64,000 nucleotides of DNA from Octopus sinensis. Lineage: Eukaryota. The notes under the pieces were generated by a model. It worked only from the letters and a program-made list of their open reading frames with translations, was not told the DNA's origin and made no database searches. Made by a program: the position numbers and the translations under genes. Each line of letters starts with the position of its first letter. Position 1 is the stretch's first letter. Of the stretch, positions 11,045-23,726 are shown one piece after another. The stretch covers positions 21,576,001 to 21,640,000 of the forward strand of contig NC_042999.1 of assembly GCF_006345805.1 (NCBI RefSeq), written 5' to 3'.

Positions 11045-11475
11045 TCTTACTCTCTTCTACTGTTTTACTTGTTTCAGTCATTTGACTGTGGCCATGCTGG
11101 AGCACCGCCTTTAGTCGAGCAAATCGACCCCAGGACTTATTCTTTGTAAACCTAGTACTTATTCTATCGGTCTCTTTTGCCGAACCGTTAAGTTACGGAG
11201 ACGTAAACACACCAGCATCGGTTGTCAAGCGATGTTGTGGAGGGGGGGGGGGGGCAAACACAGACACACAAACTTATACACACACACATATATATATATG
11301 TATACATATATACGACGGGCTTCTTTCAGTTTCTATCTACCAAATCCACTTACAAGGCTTTGGTCAGTCGAAAGCTATAGCAGAAGACACTTGCCCAAGG
11401 TGCCATGTAGTAGGACTGAACCCAGGACCATGTGGTTGGTAAGAAAGCTACTTACCACACAGCCACTCCTGCACC
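11045..11475 (-). mobile_element. SINE-A, full length, inside (TA)n
   Basis: Complete head, core and tail; a degenerate A head follows at about 11500-11645. Confidence 0.92.
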
Positions 11476-12424
11476 TATATATATATATACACACACACTC
11501 GGTAGGCTTCAATACAGTTTCGTCTACCAAATTTACGTTCAAGTAATTGGTAAAGCCGGAGTTGTACTGGAAAACACTTGCGCCGTTTGTCGGAATGTGA
11601 CTGAACTCAAAACCACGTGATGCAAAGTAAATTCTTAACCTGTGCGATTCTCACTTATAAAAATTAATGCAGACAGTCATTATTGATTTAATTCACCAAA
11701 TACGTGGCTTCGTATCACTTCATTATTCATTTTACTTTATATCGTCCCAGGCCGACAAGGAATGTACGAGTAATGTGTTTATTACTCAATTTAATTTGAG
11801 TAAGAAACACTTAAAGCTTACGTGTTCTGCTGCAGTTATTTAATACAGTTTACTGTATTATGAATTCTAATATTATTAATGCCGTTGTTATTATCTATAG
11901 GTAACAGTCTCGGTCGGAAGAATCATTAGATCGCTGGATGAGATCTCCTTCTACTGTTTAGTTACAGACTTGCGATCCGATTTTGAATCTCACAAATCGA
12001 TTGCAATTTACCTTCTTATACAAACGTTTCTTTTGAAAATTTTAAACGTTTATCCCATCTAATGCACACTTCGATGATCCCCAACCCCTCCTCCTTCTCC
12101 TCTTCCTAGCTCACTCTCTCTTTGGTTTTTTTTACGTCTTTTTATGATATTTCTCCCGCTTCTAACCTGGCGTTTAATATATTTACGAAATATTTGACGA
12201 AAAGCGTTTCAGTCGTAAAACCGAGAGATTCGAAAGAAACTATTAATAAAATAACAAACCATCGTTTATACAGTTATACATGCATACACACACACACAGA
12301 AACACGCATACATACACACATACACATAAAACTAGAAGGAGACGGACAGGCGCATAGATATACGCATGCACACGTAACAGTAAAGTAAGAGCAAACGACA
12401 CATAGTTCTGTGTATGTAAGTAAG

Positions 12425-12449
12425 TATGTATGTATGTATATATGTGTAT

Positions 12450-12514
<65 letters not shown>

Positions 12515-12614
12515 CTTGTGTGAATGCGTCTGCCTACGTGTCTTTGTTTCACTGAATTATAGCTATGCACTTATGTACATATTTGTACTATATATATTGA
12601 CGTATATACTGATG

Positions 12615-12668
<54 letters not shown>

Positions 12669-12709
12669 TAATGATAATAATAATAATGGCAATAATAATA
12701 ATAATGGCA

Positions 12710-12772
<63 letters not shown>

Positions 12773-13108
12773 ACAACTACAACAACAATACATTTTAAAA
12801 AAAAAAAACGTATTAATAAATGTATTGTTGGATAATGAAAACAATGCATTTTTTCTTTTCTTTTCATCAATTTCTGTTACTGTTTTACAGTACCGTTTAA
12901 GTTCTTGAAAAAAAAAAAAACGCAATACTTTTTTTTTCCCCAAATATAAATTTCTTCTTTCATTTTTTCTTGTTTTTTTTTTCAATAATATCTTTCCTCC
13001 ATTTTCTCTCTAACACATCTTTTGGAGTCATTCTATTAATACAATTTTATTTTACCGTTTTATACATAAATATGTTTGTTTTACAGTCGATCGTCTTCCC
13101 ATCCTAGT

Positions 13109-13179
<71 letters not shown>

Positions 13180-13260
13180 CTTTTCCTCTCACTCTCCACC
13201 CTCTCTTTATCTCTCTATCCACTCTTTCTCGATTTCCGCACTCTTTCTCTCCCTCTCTCC

Positions 13261-13308
<48 letters not shown>

Positions 13309-14300
13309 ATATATATATATCTATCTATCTCTATCCTTCTGTTTTTGTTCTTCATTCTTTTTTATCCACCATTCTTTCAGGCTACATGCACCTTTTGAAT
13401 AGATTCCTGTTCACCCTTTGATATCATTCGCTTTCTCTTTTTGTCTATATACGTCTTTTTACAGCTAAAATACTCGCTTCCTTGCCGTTCTCTCACAACA
13501 TCTATTCTTTTCTCTTCAGCTTCGTTTCAATCTCTCTATATTTCTATTAATAATTTTTCTTTATTTTTACCATATATACGAAACGCATCTTTTGTAATTT
13601 TCAATACATATTTATTTGTTATCCAAATTCTTTATGCATATTTTTCGCCTCATACTTTTCTCTCTAAATAACTTTTTCTTCACTTCATAACTTATTATCC
13701 TGTTATTTATTTTTTATCATAATTTATCGTTATTTCTAACTTTCTTTCTGTATTTCTTTACATTTTGTCTGTCAGTTTTTACATACTTCCAGTTTTATTG
13801 TACACGCTTAATCGTATATAACTCTTTTTGAAATAACATTGCCCAGCACATATGATTTTACTTTCCTTTTTGCAATTCTTCCGCTATTCTTCGCTTCAGC
13901 GAACATGCTGCTGCTGATACACATATAGACAGACAGACACGTGTGTGTTTGTGTGTGTGTATGTGTATGTATGGATGTCTATATGTGTGTGTGTGTGTGT
14001 GTTTGTACATATACGCAACTATGCAAATAGACGCACGCGCTGGTACAATCACAGAAGACGTAATAAATACAAATAGCTGTCTCTCACTCATTATTTCTCT
14101 CTCCATTACTATCTCCACACACAGACATACGTGTGTATGTTTATGCATATATATGTGTGTGTGCTTGTGTGTGTTTTTTTGTGTGTGTATATATAAAATA
14201 TATATAAACAAATATCTATATATCCATATATGAGTTCACGCGCATGTACACTCACATACTGCGTCACACATCTATAGATATACGCACATACCCCATCATA
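12425..14300. repeat. Compound microsatellite and low-complexity block: (TA)n, (TAA)n, (CT)n, (CTAT)n, (GT)n
   Basis: Direct read; source of the I/Y/C/V-rich ORFs. Confidence 0.9.
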
Positions 14301-14836
14301 CACTAGATGCTACAAAAGCGTATAATACTAATATACATGCATTTCTGAGTGTCTCTTTGTGCACATGTCTGTGTTGATGTATGTGAATACACGTATCTGT
14401 CTACATATATAAGTTATTTCCTAAATTGTTGTGTTTGTACATGTTTGTTGCCTCTGGTTTTTCTTTATTGAAAATCTCTTCATTAGGAACGGTTGTCCTA
14501 CTTGATCGCTAGTAATTTTATCTAGAAAACCTATCTTGGCGTCAGAAAAGTTACAGTTTAGGAACCTCTCTTTTTATTAATTTATTATCGATGATAGGCT
14601 TGGCTCTTATAGTTCGCACCGTTTGTAGTGTATTCGATGAAAGGTATTTGTCTAGCCATCCAAGGAACCTAGTCTCCTCGTTAACCCCTCTTTTCCCGCG
14701 AAAGGGAACAGCCAATATTATGAGTTGGAAACCTATGCTAGTCTATGCGTTCGTTGATGTTTTTTTTTCTGAATCCGAAAACATTAATTGGATACAACTC
14801 ATATGGCGCGGCAGTCGACTTCTGATATCTTCAAGT

Positions 14837-14875
<39 letters not shown>

Positions 14876-14921
14876 CTCTTTCTCCCCGCTCTCTCTCACT
14901 TCCTTTCTTCTTATATATATA

Positions 14922-15143
14922 TATTTCTTTACTACCCACAAGGGGCTAAATACAGAGGGGACAAACAAGGACAGACAAACGGATTAAGTCGATTACATCA
15001 ACTCCAGTGCGTAACTGGTACTTAATTTATCGACCCCGAAGGATGAAAGGCAAAGTCGACCTCGGCGGAATTTGAACCCTGAACATAATGGCAAACGAAA
15101 TACGGCTACGCATTTCGCCCGGCGTGCTAACGTTTCTGGCAGC
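14922..15143 (-). mobile_element. SINE-B monomer (B1 tail)
   Basis: Head gctgccagaaacgttagcacgccgggcgaaat, B-box-like GGTTCAAATTCC, core gcctttcatccttcggggtcgataaattaagtaccag (resembles the Meta-type SINE domain, from recall), tail ccccttgtgggtagtaaagaaat. Confidence 0.92.
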
Positions 15144-15215
15144 TTAGCTGTGTAGTAAGGAGCTTGCTTCCCAAGGGGTTCGTATTGTAGTTTTATAATT
15201 ATGTGTTTCCACCGA

Positions 15216-15309
15216 CTCTACTGACGAACAACAGATGGTTAATTAATCACCAAATTAAATAATTAATCGATTTATTTGTTTAGTAATAGTGAAACCAACG
15301 GTTATAGAG
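15216..15309 (+). ncRNA. Type I hammerhead-like motif, slightly degenerate
   Basis: Stem I CTCTA/TAGAG, core CTGACGA (15221-27), stem II base AC/GT with a long insert, GAAA (15291-94), stem III CC-AAC-GG. One extra nucleotide at the cleavage site. Confidence 0.5.
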
Positions 15310-15354
15310 TTAACTCAGATTTGTATTCATTCAAGTGTATAACATTTTATACGC

Positions 15355-15465
15355 TATTATATTGCTCGACTATTATACTTGCTCGACTATTATACTTGCT
15401 CGACTAAAGCCCGTGCTCCAGCATGGCCACAGTCAATTGACTGAAACATGTAAAAGAATAAAAGA

Positions 15466-15496
<31 letters not shown>

Positions 15497-15590
15497 CGTG
15501 TGAGGCATGGCTGTGTGGTAAGAAGTTTGCTTCCCACTAAAGGCGGTACCACAGCATGACCGTAGTCTAATTTTTAAAACGAGTAAAACA
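15355..15590 (+). mobile_element. SINE-A tail preceded by a triplicated 16-17-mer, then an internally deleted SINE-A (15503-15590)
   Basis: (tattatacttgctcgac)x3 joined to taaagcccgtgctccagcatggcc; then head gcttgcttcccac fused directly to tail taaaggcggt. Confidence 0.75.
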
Positions 15591-16440
15591 TACATCTACA
15601 CACACACACACACATATACATTTCACTGAGTTTATTCAGTTCCTATCTACCAAAAGTTTTGACCGTTTCGGGTCATTTGCAGATGATACTTGTTCAAGGT
15701 GGCATGCAGTGGGACTTAACCCTGAACCATTTGCTATGGCAAAAAAAACTTGTTACCACACAGCCATATATACGATGCTCTGGATGTAATTTGTAGTGTG
15801 GATTATGAAACAGTTTTTATGATAAACATTAGCATTTTGGAGATTAGTTGTCTATATATTAGCATCCTTTGTCTTTGTATAATCTACCTCTAATCCTAAT
15901 CTTGGTCTGGGAATCTAACAAACGTTTGCTGTGATAGATTATAAATTAAACATAAAGTATTCTTTATAATCCGGTAGTATAATATTTACTTGTTTTTCGT
16001 ACCAAATCACTATCGTATATATTAATATATTGATTTATACAAGACAAGGTGATATGACAGTTTATACAATATAATGTTCGCCATGCTATGCCGTCCAGGT
16101 TTGATTCCTATCGAACGCCTTCTACTGGAGAGACAGAAGTGAACAGTCTACTGAAACGAACACTACAAATTAAAAAGCACAACAGTCTAATTATGTGGCT
16201 TCTATATCAGAGGTTACTATTCGGGCCTCAAGATATTTAGACAGAACAGCGGTGTTCCAAAATGGTGAGCAACAAAGAGATTCAACGCTGGTCATTAATG
16301 ACAGGCGAAGGCCGAATGATATAAGTAAAGGATTGAGGCGTGAGACAGTTTTACAAAATGCTTGCTTTTTACCATAAATTAATACGCTCCATTCGTCATA
16401 GATAATTATCCACTATATTTATAATAGATAAATATTCTTT

Positions 16441-16948
16441 TCTACTCTAGGCACAAAGACCGAAATTTTGGAGGGAAGGAGCCAGTCGATGAGATCGATT
16501 CCAGTACGTAAAGACATACAAAATGCCTATTTCTTTACTATCCACAAGGGGCTAAACACAGAGAGGACAAACAAAGACAGACAAACGGATTAAGTCGATT
16601 ACATCGAGCCCAGTGCGTAACTGGTACTTATTTAAATCGACCCCGAAGGGATGAAAGGCAAAGTTGACCTCGGCGGAATTTGAACTCAGAACGTAGCGGC
16701 AGACGAAATACCTATTTTTTTACTACCTACAACGGGCTAAACAAAGAGGGGACAAACAAGAACAGACAAATGGATTAAGTCGATTACATCGACCCCAGTG
16801 CGTAACTGGTACTTATTTTAATCGACCCCGAAAGGATGAAAGGCAAAGTTGACCTCTGCGGAATTTGAATTCAGAGCGAAAAGACAGACGAATTACCGCT
16901 ACGTATTTTGCCCGTCGTGCTAACGTCTGTGCCAGCTCGCCGCCTTAA
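16441..16948 (-). mobile_element. SINE-B tandem array (head plus two ~185-bp units plus a B2 tail remnant)
   Basis: Unit starts at 16528 and 16713. Confidence 0.92.
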
Positions 16949-17247
16949 CGGTAATACATATTCGTTTAGCAAATGTGTCATAATGATACGCAGCTGCTAC
17001 AATAATAATTTGAGGTAACTACCTTTTACGTGTGTAATATGATGAAACTCAACCAAAGAGGTAATTGATTTTTTCAGTAGTGCTTTCGATTTTAATGAGT
17101 TATTTTCCAATTTATTTCACGTGAACTTACAGCTATCGCTTGCTCGCTGATTACATAAGCATAACTATGGAAATATGTCAAAATTTACGTGTAGTAATGC
17201 CTTTGATATAATAAATATTATTATTGTTTTCATTATTATTATTATTA

Positions 17248-17282
<35 letters not shown>

Positions 17283-17298
17283 ATTATTATTAATAATA

Positions 17299-17343
<45 letters not shown>

Positions 17344-17374
17344 TAATAATAACAACAATAATGATAATAATAAT

Positions 17375-17790
17375 GTGAGACCATGAGATAGAGAATAGGA
17401 AGCCAGACATAGTCTTAATTGAGAAAGAAAACAAACTATGCTGGATCATAGACATAGCATGCTCAGCTGACAATAAGGTATGCGATAAGGAAGAAAGAAA
17501 AGTTGAGAGATATAACAGGTTAGCTTGGGATGTTAAGTAGTTGTGGTCGATGGAAAAGGCAGCAGTAATACCAATATTTGCTCACTGGGAACAGTGAGCA
17601 AAAATCTCGAGAAGTGCGTAGAACAAATATGGGCTGCAATAAAGGTGGAGCACTTGCAGAAAACAGCACTGATTGGAACCACTCGAAATACCCCGGAAAG
17701 TGCTCGAAAAATAAGAAGTGTTACCTTAGTTCACTGGTAGTGAACAGATGACACTGTAGTACATTTCTAGCGTTAGAAGCTGTGCAAAAG
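17375..17790 (+). mobile_element. R4/Dong-like 3' end, family 4
   Basis: DHEIENRKPDIVLIEKENKLCWIIDIAC...LGTVSKNLEK...LQKTALIGT. Flanked by TAA/ATT arrays. Confidence 0.85.
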
Positions 17791-17820
17791 CAATAATAAT
17801 AACAATATTATTATTATTGA

Positions 17821-17863
<43 letters not shown>

Positions 17864-17897
17864 ATTATTATTGATATTATTATTATTATTATTATTG

Positions 17898-17950
<53 letters not shown>

Positions 17951-17951
<1 letters not shown>

Positions 17952-18263
17952 GGAGCACTAGGAATGATCAAGAAGGGAAACGAAAATTATATGAGAATGA
18001 TCCCTGGCTTACCATCCCTGCAAGAAGTGCAAAAGATTGTCTTAACTGGGTACATCACACGTATTGAGAAGAGCATTGTCGATGTGAGAACTGTTGCTGC
18101 TCATGTATTTTAATTTAACTTTAAAAAAAAAAAAAAAAAAAAATGAACGAACTACTGAGTTTGGTTTAATGGCCTAGCAATATACAGTATGAGTTTCTTT
18201 GCCCTAGGAGTCGGGAAGACACTCGGCAAGAAATGGAAGAAAATTTGAAAGAAGAAAAAAAAA
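17951..18263 (+). mobile_element. R4/Dong-like family 1, third and shortest copy
   Basis: GALGMIKKG...LQEVQKIVLTG, with the same 3'UTR as 1400-1583. Confidence 0.92.
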
Positions 18264-20188
18264 GTAATAATAATAATAATAATAAAAATAATAATAATAC
18301 AGACATATTTCAGACATACGTAAGACACATAATGATAATAGAGATACACCTGTACATACATACATACATACATACATACATACAATACATACATACATAC
18401 ATATCATGCAAACTATTACTCGAATCTGCATAGAAGAACTACTTATCGCGTTTCTGTTGAATATTTTCTCAGTTCTTGCATATTCGTGTGGGCTGTTTAA
18501 GTTGCTATCCTCTCTGCATTTAATGATTTGTGGTTTATTAAGCAAATACCGTGGAGATAAACACCGTCTGCTGTATATTATTTATATTTAATTATTTCAA
18601 CACCCGACTCGCCTATGTGATTCTGAAAATGGCCTTGTCATTGGGTAATACTTAGTAAAGTAATAGAAATTTCATTATCGTGAGAAATGAAAATGTGTCT
18701 CTTGACGATTGAAATATAACTTTTTTCTCTTTCAATTTGTTTATATGCCGGCTACATAACGCAGTTCTATTGTATTGTATTGTAGGTATATTCACAAGCT
18801 AATAGCCATTAATACAGCCATTTTGCTTCACAAATGTGTACATGATGTAGGAAGTGAACATCTTACCAGCAGTAAGTGTCTGATGATATACTAAATATGA
18901 ATAATTGTCTCAACCCAAATATAGTCACTAGATGTTTAATGTTAAGGATGGTAATGTCTAATGTATTCTGTGTGTGTTGAGACGAATCCTAGACACAGTA
19001 TCATATCTCATATAGTACAATAAAGTACACCATTTAGACGTGATATCTGAGTCTATTTGGTGCTACCTTATCAAATGATAAATCTCTGTGCGTGCCAACA
19101 TCGATAAACCAGTATAATTATGTATAGCCAGAACTACAGAGACAGTCCCCTGGTGTTATTATGTTCAATACAAGTTGTATGAAATTGAATTTCATGTAAG
19201 ATTAGATGTAATATTAGGGGTAGATGTAGATTAGCTTTAATTGGAACACGAAACTGTATTGTGAACTACTTTCTATGAACAAAGAGTGCATATCGTCTCG
19301 CCCTGGTCACTTTATATACTAAGGACTGGACATGGAATGTTTCCCTTCATATGCAGCATAGAAGATATTACGATGTCTAACATTCAAGTCCGTCAAAACA
19401 GAATTCATAATACTTGCGAAGTTACACGACCAATGAGGCAAAATATTGATTATAACCATGAGAGGCATTTCTGTAGTCTTAATTACATTAATGAAATTCT
19501 TCCGTGGTAGTGTAAATAGAATGGTTCAATCAACGCTGTGCATTCCTTATTAAAATATTTACATATTGAAAGTAGTTATATGTTACAAGATACCATAATG
19601 TTTTCACAGTTCTTGCGTAAAATTCCTTGCAATTCCATGTGGAAGTTGTTTGCTTGTTGCCAGAGAAAAATTCTTGAAAACCAGAGAATAAATACTACTC
19701 TACAAGGAAAATTGATAGAATGAGAATGCCGTATTTACATCAATATATTGATGCAAATTAACAATTTTTAATTTTTTTAGTAAACGGGGGGAGGGGGGCA
19801 AATGTCTCTCACACAATCATTTGATATACATTCCCATTCAGACCTGAAAAAGCTGTTGTACTAACATTAATATTAATTAACCATCAACTGCTAAGTACAG
19901 TGACTACCTGAAGGCAAAGTTGTACCTGTTTCTGAAAAACAATTCCATCAGAAATCGTAGAGATAATTATTACAGAATCGTCTCTATTCATATCAGGTTA
20001 GTTTTTTTCTGAGGTTCTGAAAATTAAGTATTATCTAAATATTTCAAAAGAATTCTTCCCGCATATCATTCTTACACTACCACAGTTTATGAATGTGTAC
20101 ACCCCACACATACACCCGCACAAACACTCACATACACAAAAGTTGTATGTATGTAAATGTGTAATGATATAAATATATATGTGTGTAT

Positions 20189-20373
20189 GAGTGGCTCTGT
20201 GGTAAATAGCTTGCTTACCAACCACATGGTTCCGGGTTCAGTCACACTGTGTGGCACCTTAGGCAAGTGTCTTCTACTATAAGCCTCCTGCCGACCAAAG
20301 CCTTGTGAGTGGATCTGGTATACGGAAAGTGAAAGAAGCCCGTCGTTTATATATATATATATATGTGCGTGTG

Positions 20374-20410
<37 letters not shown>

Positions 20411-20572
20411 ATATGTCGGTGTGTCTTTGTTGGTTCCCCCCTCAACATCACTCAACAACCGATGCTAGCGCGTTTATGTCCCCGTGACCTAGCTAATCTG
20501 CAAAAGTAAATGATAGAATAAGTACTAGGCTTACAAGTAAAATGACTGAAACAAGTAAACGAGTATAAGAAT
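20189..20572 (+). mobile_element. SINE-A with partly deleted tail
   Basis: gagtggctctgtggtaaatagcttgcttacc...aatgactgaaacaagtaa. Confidence 0.9.
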
Positions 20573-20580
20573 ATAACTAT

Positions 20581-20653
<73 letters not shown>

Positions 20654-20682
20654 CATACATACATACATACATACGCACACAC

Positions 20683-20735
<53 letters not shown>

Positions 20736-20739
<4 letters not shown>

Positions 20740-21031
20740 GACAATACGGCACAACTATTTCACCTCAATTGGACCCGCTCTCTTCAACATTACACTAGGA
20801 CACGTCAAAAAAGAAACTGACCACACAAAATTCAAGAAGTCTTTGGACAAATTCCTTCAAACAGTCCCGGACAAACCACCCACACCCGGATATGTCTCCG
20901 CAAACAATAACTCTCTGCTCGAATGGGCCTTGGTACCCAAATCCTGAATTGAAAGACTTCGCCAGGTGGTGCTATTAAGTTAGACATGGCTTGGGACAAT
21001 ACTGGCCAAAACCTTTCTAAGTTATTCTAAG
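20736..21031 (+). mobile_element. CR1-like LINE 3' end
   Basis: [14 protein letters not shown]...[17 protein letters not shown]...NNSLLEW; ends in a short repeat tail (ctaagtt)x2. Confidence 0.8.
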
Positions 21032-21628
21032 TTATATATATATATATATATGAGTTGTGGAAGGTATAAGCAACTGAGTTATGAACTTCACTAGCTTACA
21101 ACTGTTTCCACTATCAAATGCGGCGGACTCATACTTGAATGACTGAGTAACACCTTAAACATTCCTCAGGCCCTCAAACGCTGATAGAACACAGTTGAAA
21201 TAATTGTGACTAATATTATGATGCTATTGTTGGAAGCGAGAGAAGGGACCCAGTTATTAAAATTGAAACCAGTTCAGACGAATACAGTTCTATATTTAAG
21301 AGATGAAAAATTATGTACATTATTTATATTATTAACAATTGACGGATATTTGTCCTCATCTTGTATTTTAACTTCGTCCCATAGGCGGAGGTTGTCTCCA
21401 TTTTACAATACATGATCAGGTATACCCGATTTATCAATATTTCCTTGTGTCACAGCTTTGCGATGTTAGACAGAGAACACCACTGGAAAATACGAAAACT
21501 AAAAGAAGCAGCACATATGCGAGGACACAACAACCTCTGAGCATCATATGGGAACCGATATTAAGGAAGGATAGAAAATATTAGATTATAAGCCCTAAAA
21601 TTCACTCCATAGTTACCCCCGAACATAC

Positions 21629-21682
21629 GGCGTTGTAGTTAAGAGCGCGAGCTACTAACCCCAAGATTCCGAGTTCGATTCC
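21629..21682 (+). promoter_or_regulatory. tRNA-like segment with Pol III A/B-box-like motifs
   Basis: ggcgttgtagttaagagcgc (D-arm-like); B-box GAGTTCGATTCC at 21671-21682. Confidence 0.6.
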
Positions 21683-21768
21683 AAGTAGTGATCTGTACAA
21701 CAATAATAAAAATGATAACATCGAAAAATACCTTAGGAATGAGAGCACAGATTCTAAATTTCCCCCAA

Positions 21769-21814
21769 GACACCTGAAGATGGCTGGAGGGAATATCAGC
21801 CGAAACGTTGTGTT
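21769..21814 (+). ncRNA. Minimal type I hammerhead ribozyme
   Basis: Stem I GACAC/GTGTT, CTGAAGA (21774-80) plus one extra U, stem II GGCTG/CAGCC, GAAA, palindromic ACGT stem III (dimer type). Predicted cleavage after U21809. Confidence 0.75.
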
Positions 21815-22086
21815 AACAACAAACAAGATGAGGACAAATATCCGTTAAATGTAAATACTGTACAATTCAGACGAAGTTTTTGTTTTGTTTTTTTTCTTTA
21901 CCTATCCTGACTGAGTTTGTATATAAAACACCACGCTTTTACGACTGTCAAGTGTATTTCATCATTTTAAACATACGCATTTGCGGTTTTAAAACCATAT
22001 AAGATTTTTTCGTACACCATATCTGTATATGTATGCGTGCATGTGTGCGCTGAGTGTATGTCGTATGCATACACACATACGCGTAC

Positions 22087-22156
<70 letters not shown>

Positions 22157-23181
22157 GTTTATATGACCTTATGTGTGCGTATGTATTTGTATGTTCACAG
22201 ACATTTATGCATTCATAGATACATGCATTCATTTATACATACTGAACTTGTATTTATTTATTTTAACCCAACATTTTATGTTCTCCGATGCTGCTTAACT
22301 CGCCGCTCTATTTACACGTCAGACGAACAACAAATTCCATTACACGTAAGTGTGAAATTGCAAAGCGTAAGAAGAATTTTCTTTGGATTTGCTGACAAGC
22401 TCGCACACCCGAAATTGACATGCAACTAAAACTCGCTCGTGAGTAGATGAAATACCCTGTCGTAACAAACAATTGCATGTAAAGACCATAAGACAATATT
22501 ATTCAACAAGTTGTCAGTTCGAGGACAATGTTCATATCAAAGTCCGTAAATGGATTTCTTATTCAACACGCAGAACAAATTATGCAGTGCGTATTATCAT
22601 AAAGGATCGATACAATAAGCTGAACTATTTCAAGTATATTTAATTTCTTTGGATTGTTCATTTTTTTCTCTATTATAAGAAATAAATAGAATTTCGGTGC
22701 CGGTACTGTTGCTGCTGCAGCTTCTAGTGGCGTCGTGGAAGTGAATTTTTACCATGTCCATTCCTGTAGCATAAGATTTCTTTCGAGAGCATTATTTTGA
22801 TCTGATCTAATCTGAATAATCTTAAAATATCCGTCGTTTAGGCTTTATATTTGAGAGAAAAAGAGATTGCGTGATATTCATGCTTTCCGTGCGTACTGAA
22901 GAGTAATATCTGTACGGCTCTCTACCGTTTTGTTTTCTCTTTTTCTAACAATATATGTTACATATTTTATGTATAAATACAGAAATAATGTTCTTTCAAA
23001 AGAGGGTTGCATGCTAAACAACGTATCAAGTCGAAATGGTTTCAATTCTCGTTCGAAACAGTTTTGTTTCAAGCAAACTAGCTGGTTATAAGAAAAAAAC
23101 ATAAAAGATTTCTAATGTTTAGAAGTTGTTAAACACTAATATATATATATATTTGTTTTTAGATTGCATTTACACTGAACG

Positions 23182-23258
23182 ATTGTACTGATGAGGCCAC
23201 GGACATTTGAATTATGTAAGTAATTCTTTTGTTAAAGGCCGAAACCGAGGTATGCAAT
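23182..23258 (+). ncRNA. Type I hammerhead ribozyme, intact core, copy 1
   Basis: Stem I ATTGTA/TGCAAT, CTGATGA (23188-94), stem II GGCC/GGCC with a 38-nt loop, GAAA (23241-44), stem III CC-GA-GG, GUA triplet. Predicted cleavage after A23252. Confidence 0.85.
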
Positions 23259-23726
23259 TAATTCTGTTTTTTATATAAATTTTCATCTGTCCTGCCCGCC
23301 AAATTTGGTTCTGGTGTTCGCTGAATTTTTCCTCTAGAGAACTTTCTTTGTAGTTTGATCGTTGATGATCTATTTCTAGCATACGGCCGACTACCTAGCA
23401 GTCTTGCCCTGCCAATATACACATATATTAGAATTTTCTCTGATTTCTCAGATTTTTTGTATGCTGGACTACTGGTTTTAAATTGATATTAAAATTAATA
23501 TTAATTTATCTCGCTCATTATTAAATATTGAAATAAATACGTTCTCTAGTACTAAGCACCAACCGCAGTGAATTATTTACTGCAGCCCTTCGCCTCAGAA
23601 ATATATTAGCGCGCCAGAACCAAGACATTTGAAATTTTATCACTGGTGTAATCGGTAAAGCTACACACGTGTCTGTACTGTCACGAAAGCTGGGGTTAGC
23701 TTCCCAGTTTACATTACAATGAACGG

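Larger units (their letters stand above)
21440..21870 (+). mobile_element. Penelope-like element remnant: GIY-YIG C-terminus plus pLTR-like region
   Basis: MLDREHHWKIRKLKEAAHM...IWEPILRK* (21463-21584) resembles the end of the PLE endonuclease. Followed by a tRNA-like segment and an HHR. Confidence 0.65.

Noticed and set aside
14530-14830. ORF 14591..15025 and nearby complex sequence as a gene or RT fragment
   Set aside because: The ORF runs through a (CT)n tract into SINE-B; no motif recognised on either strand.
16120-16170. CTGGAGA-GAC...GTC-tact-GAAA
   Set aside because: Core mismatch, four unpaired nucleotides before GAAA, and no stem I or III.
18786-19996. Candidate exons at 18786-18871 (donor GTAAGT) and about 19900-19996 (donor GTTAGT)
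   Set aside because: Each has an open frame, but the acceptors are weak and I recognise no homology.
21085-21175. Minus-strand CTGAGGA...GAAACAGTTGTA as a hammerhead
   Set aside because: The GAAA-palindrome-UA half is suggestive, but stems I and II do not pair.
22890-22920. CTGAAGA inside a cgtac/gtacg hairpin
   Set aside because: No downstream GAAA or stem III.
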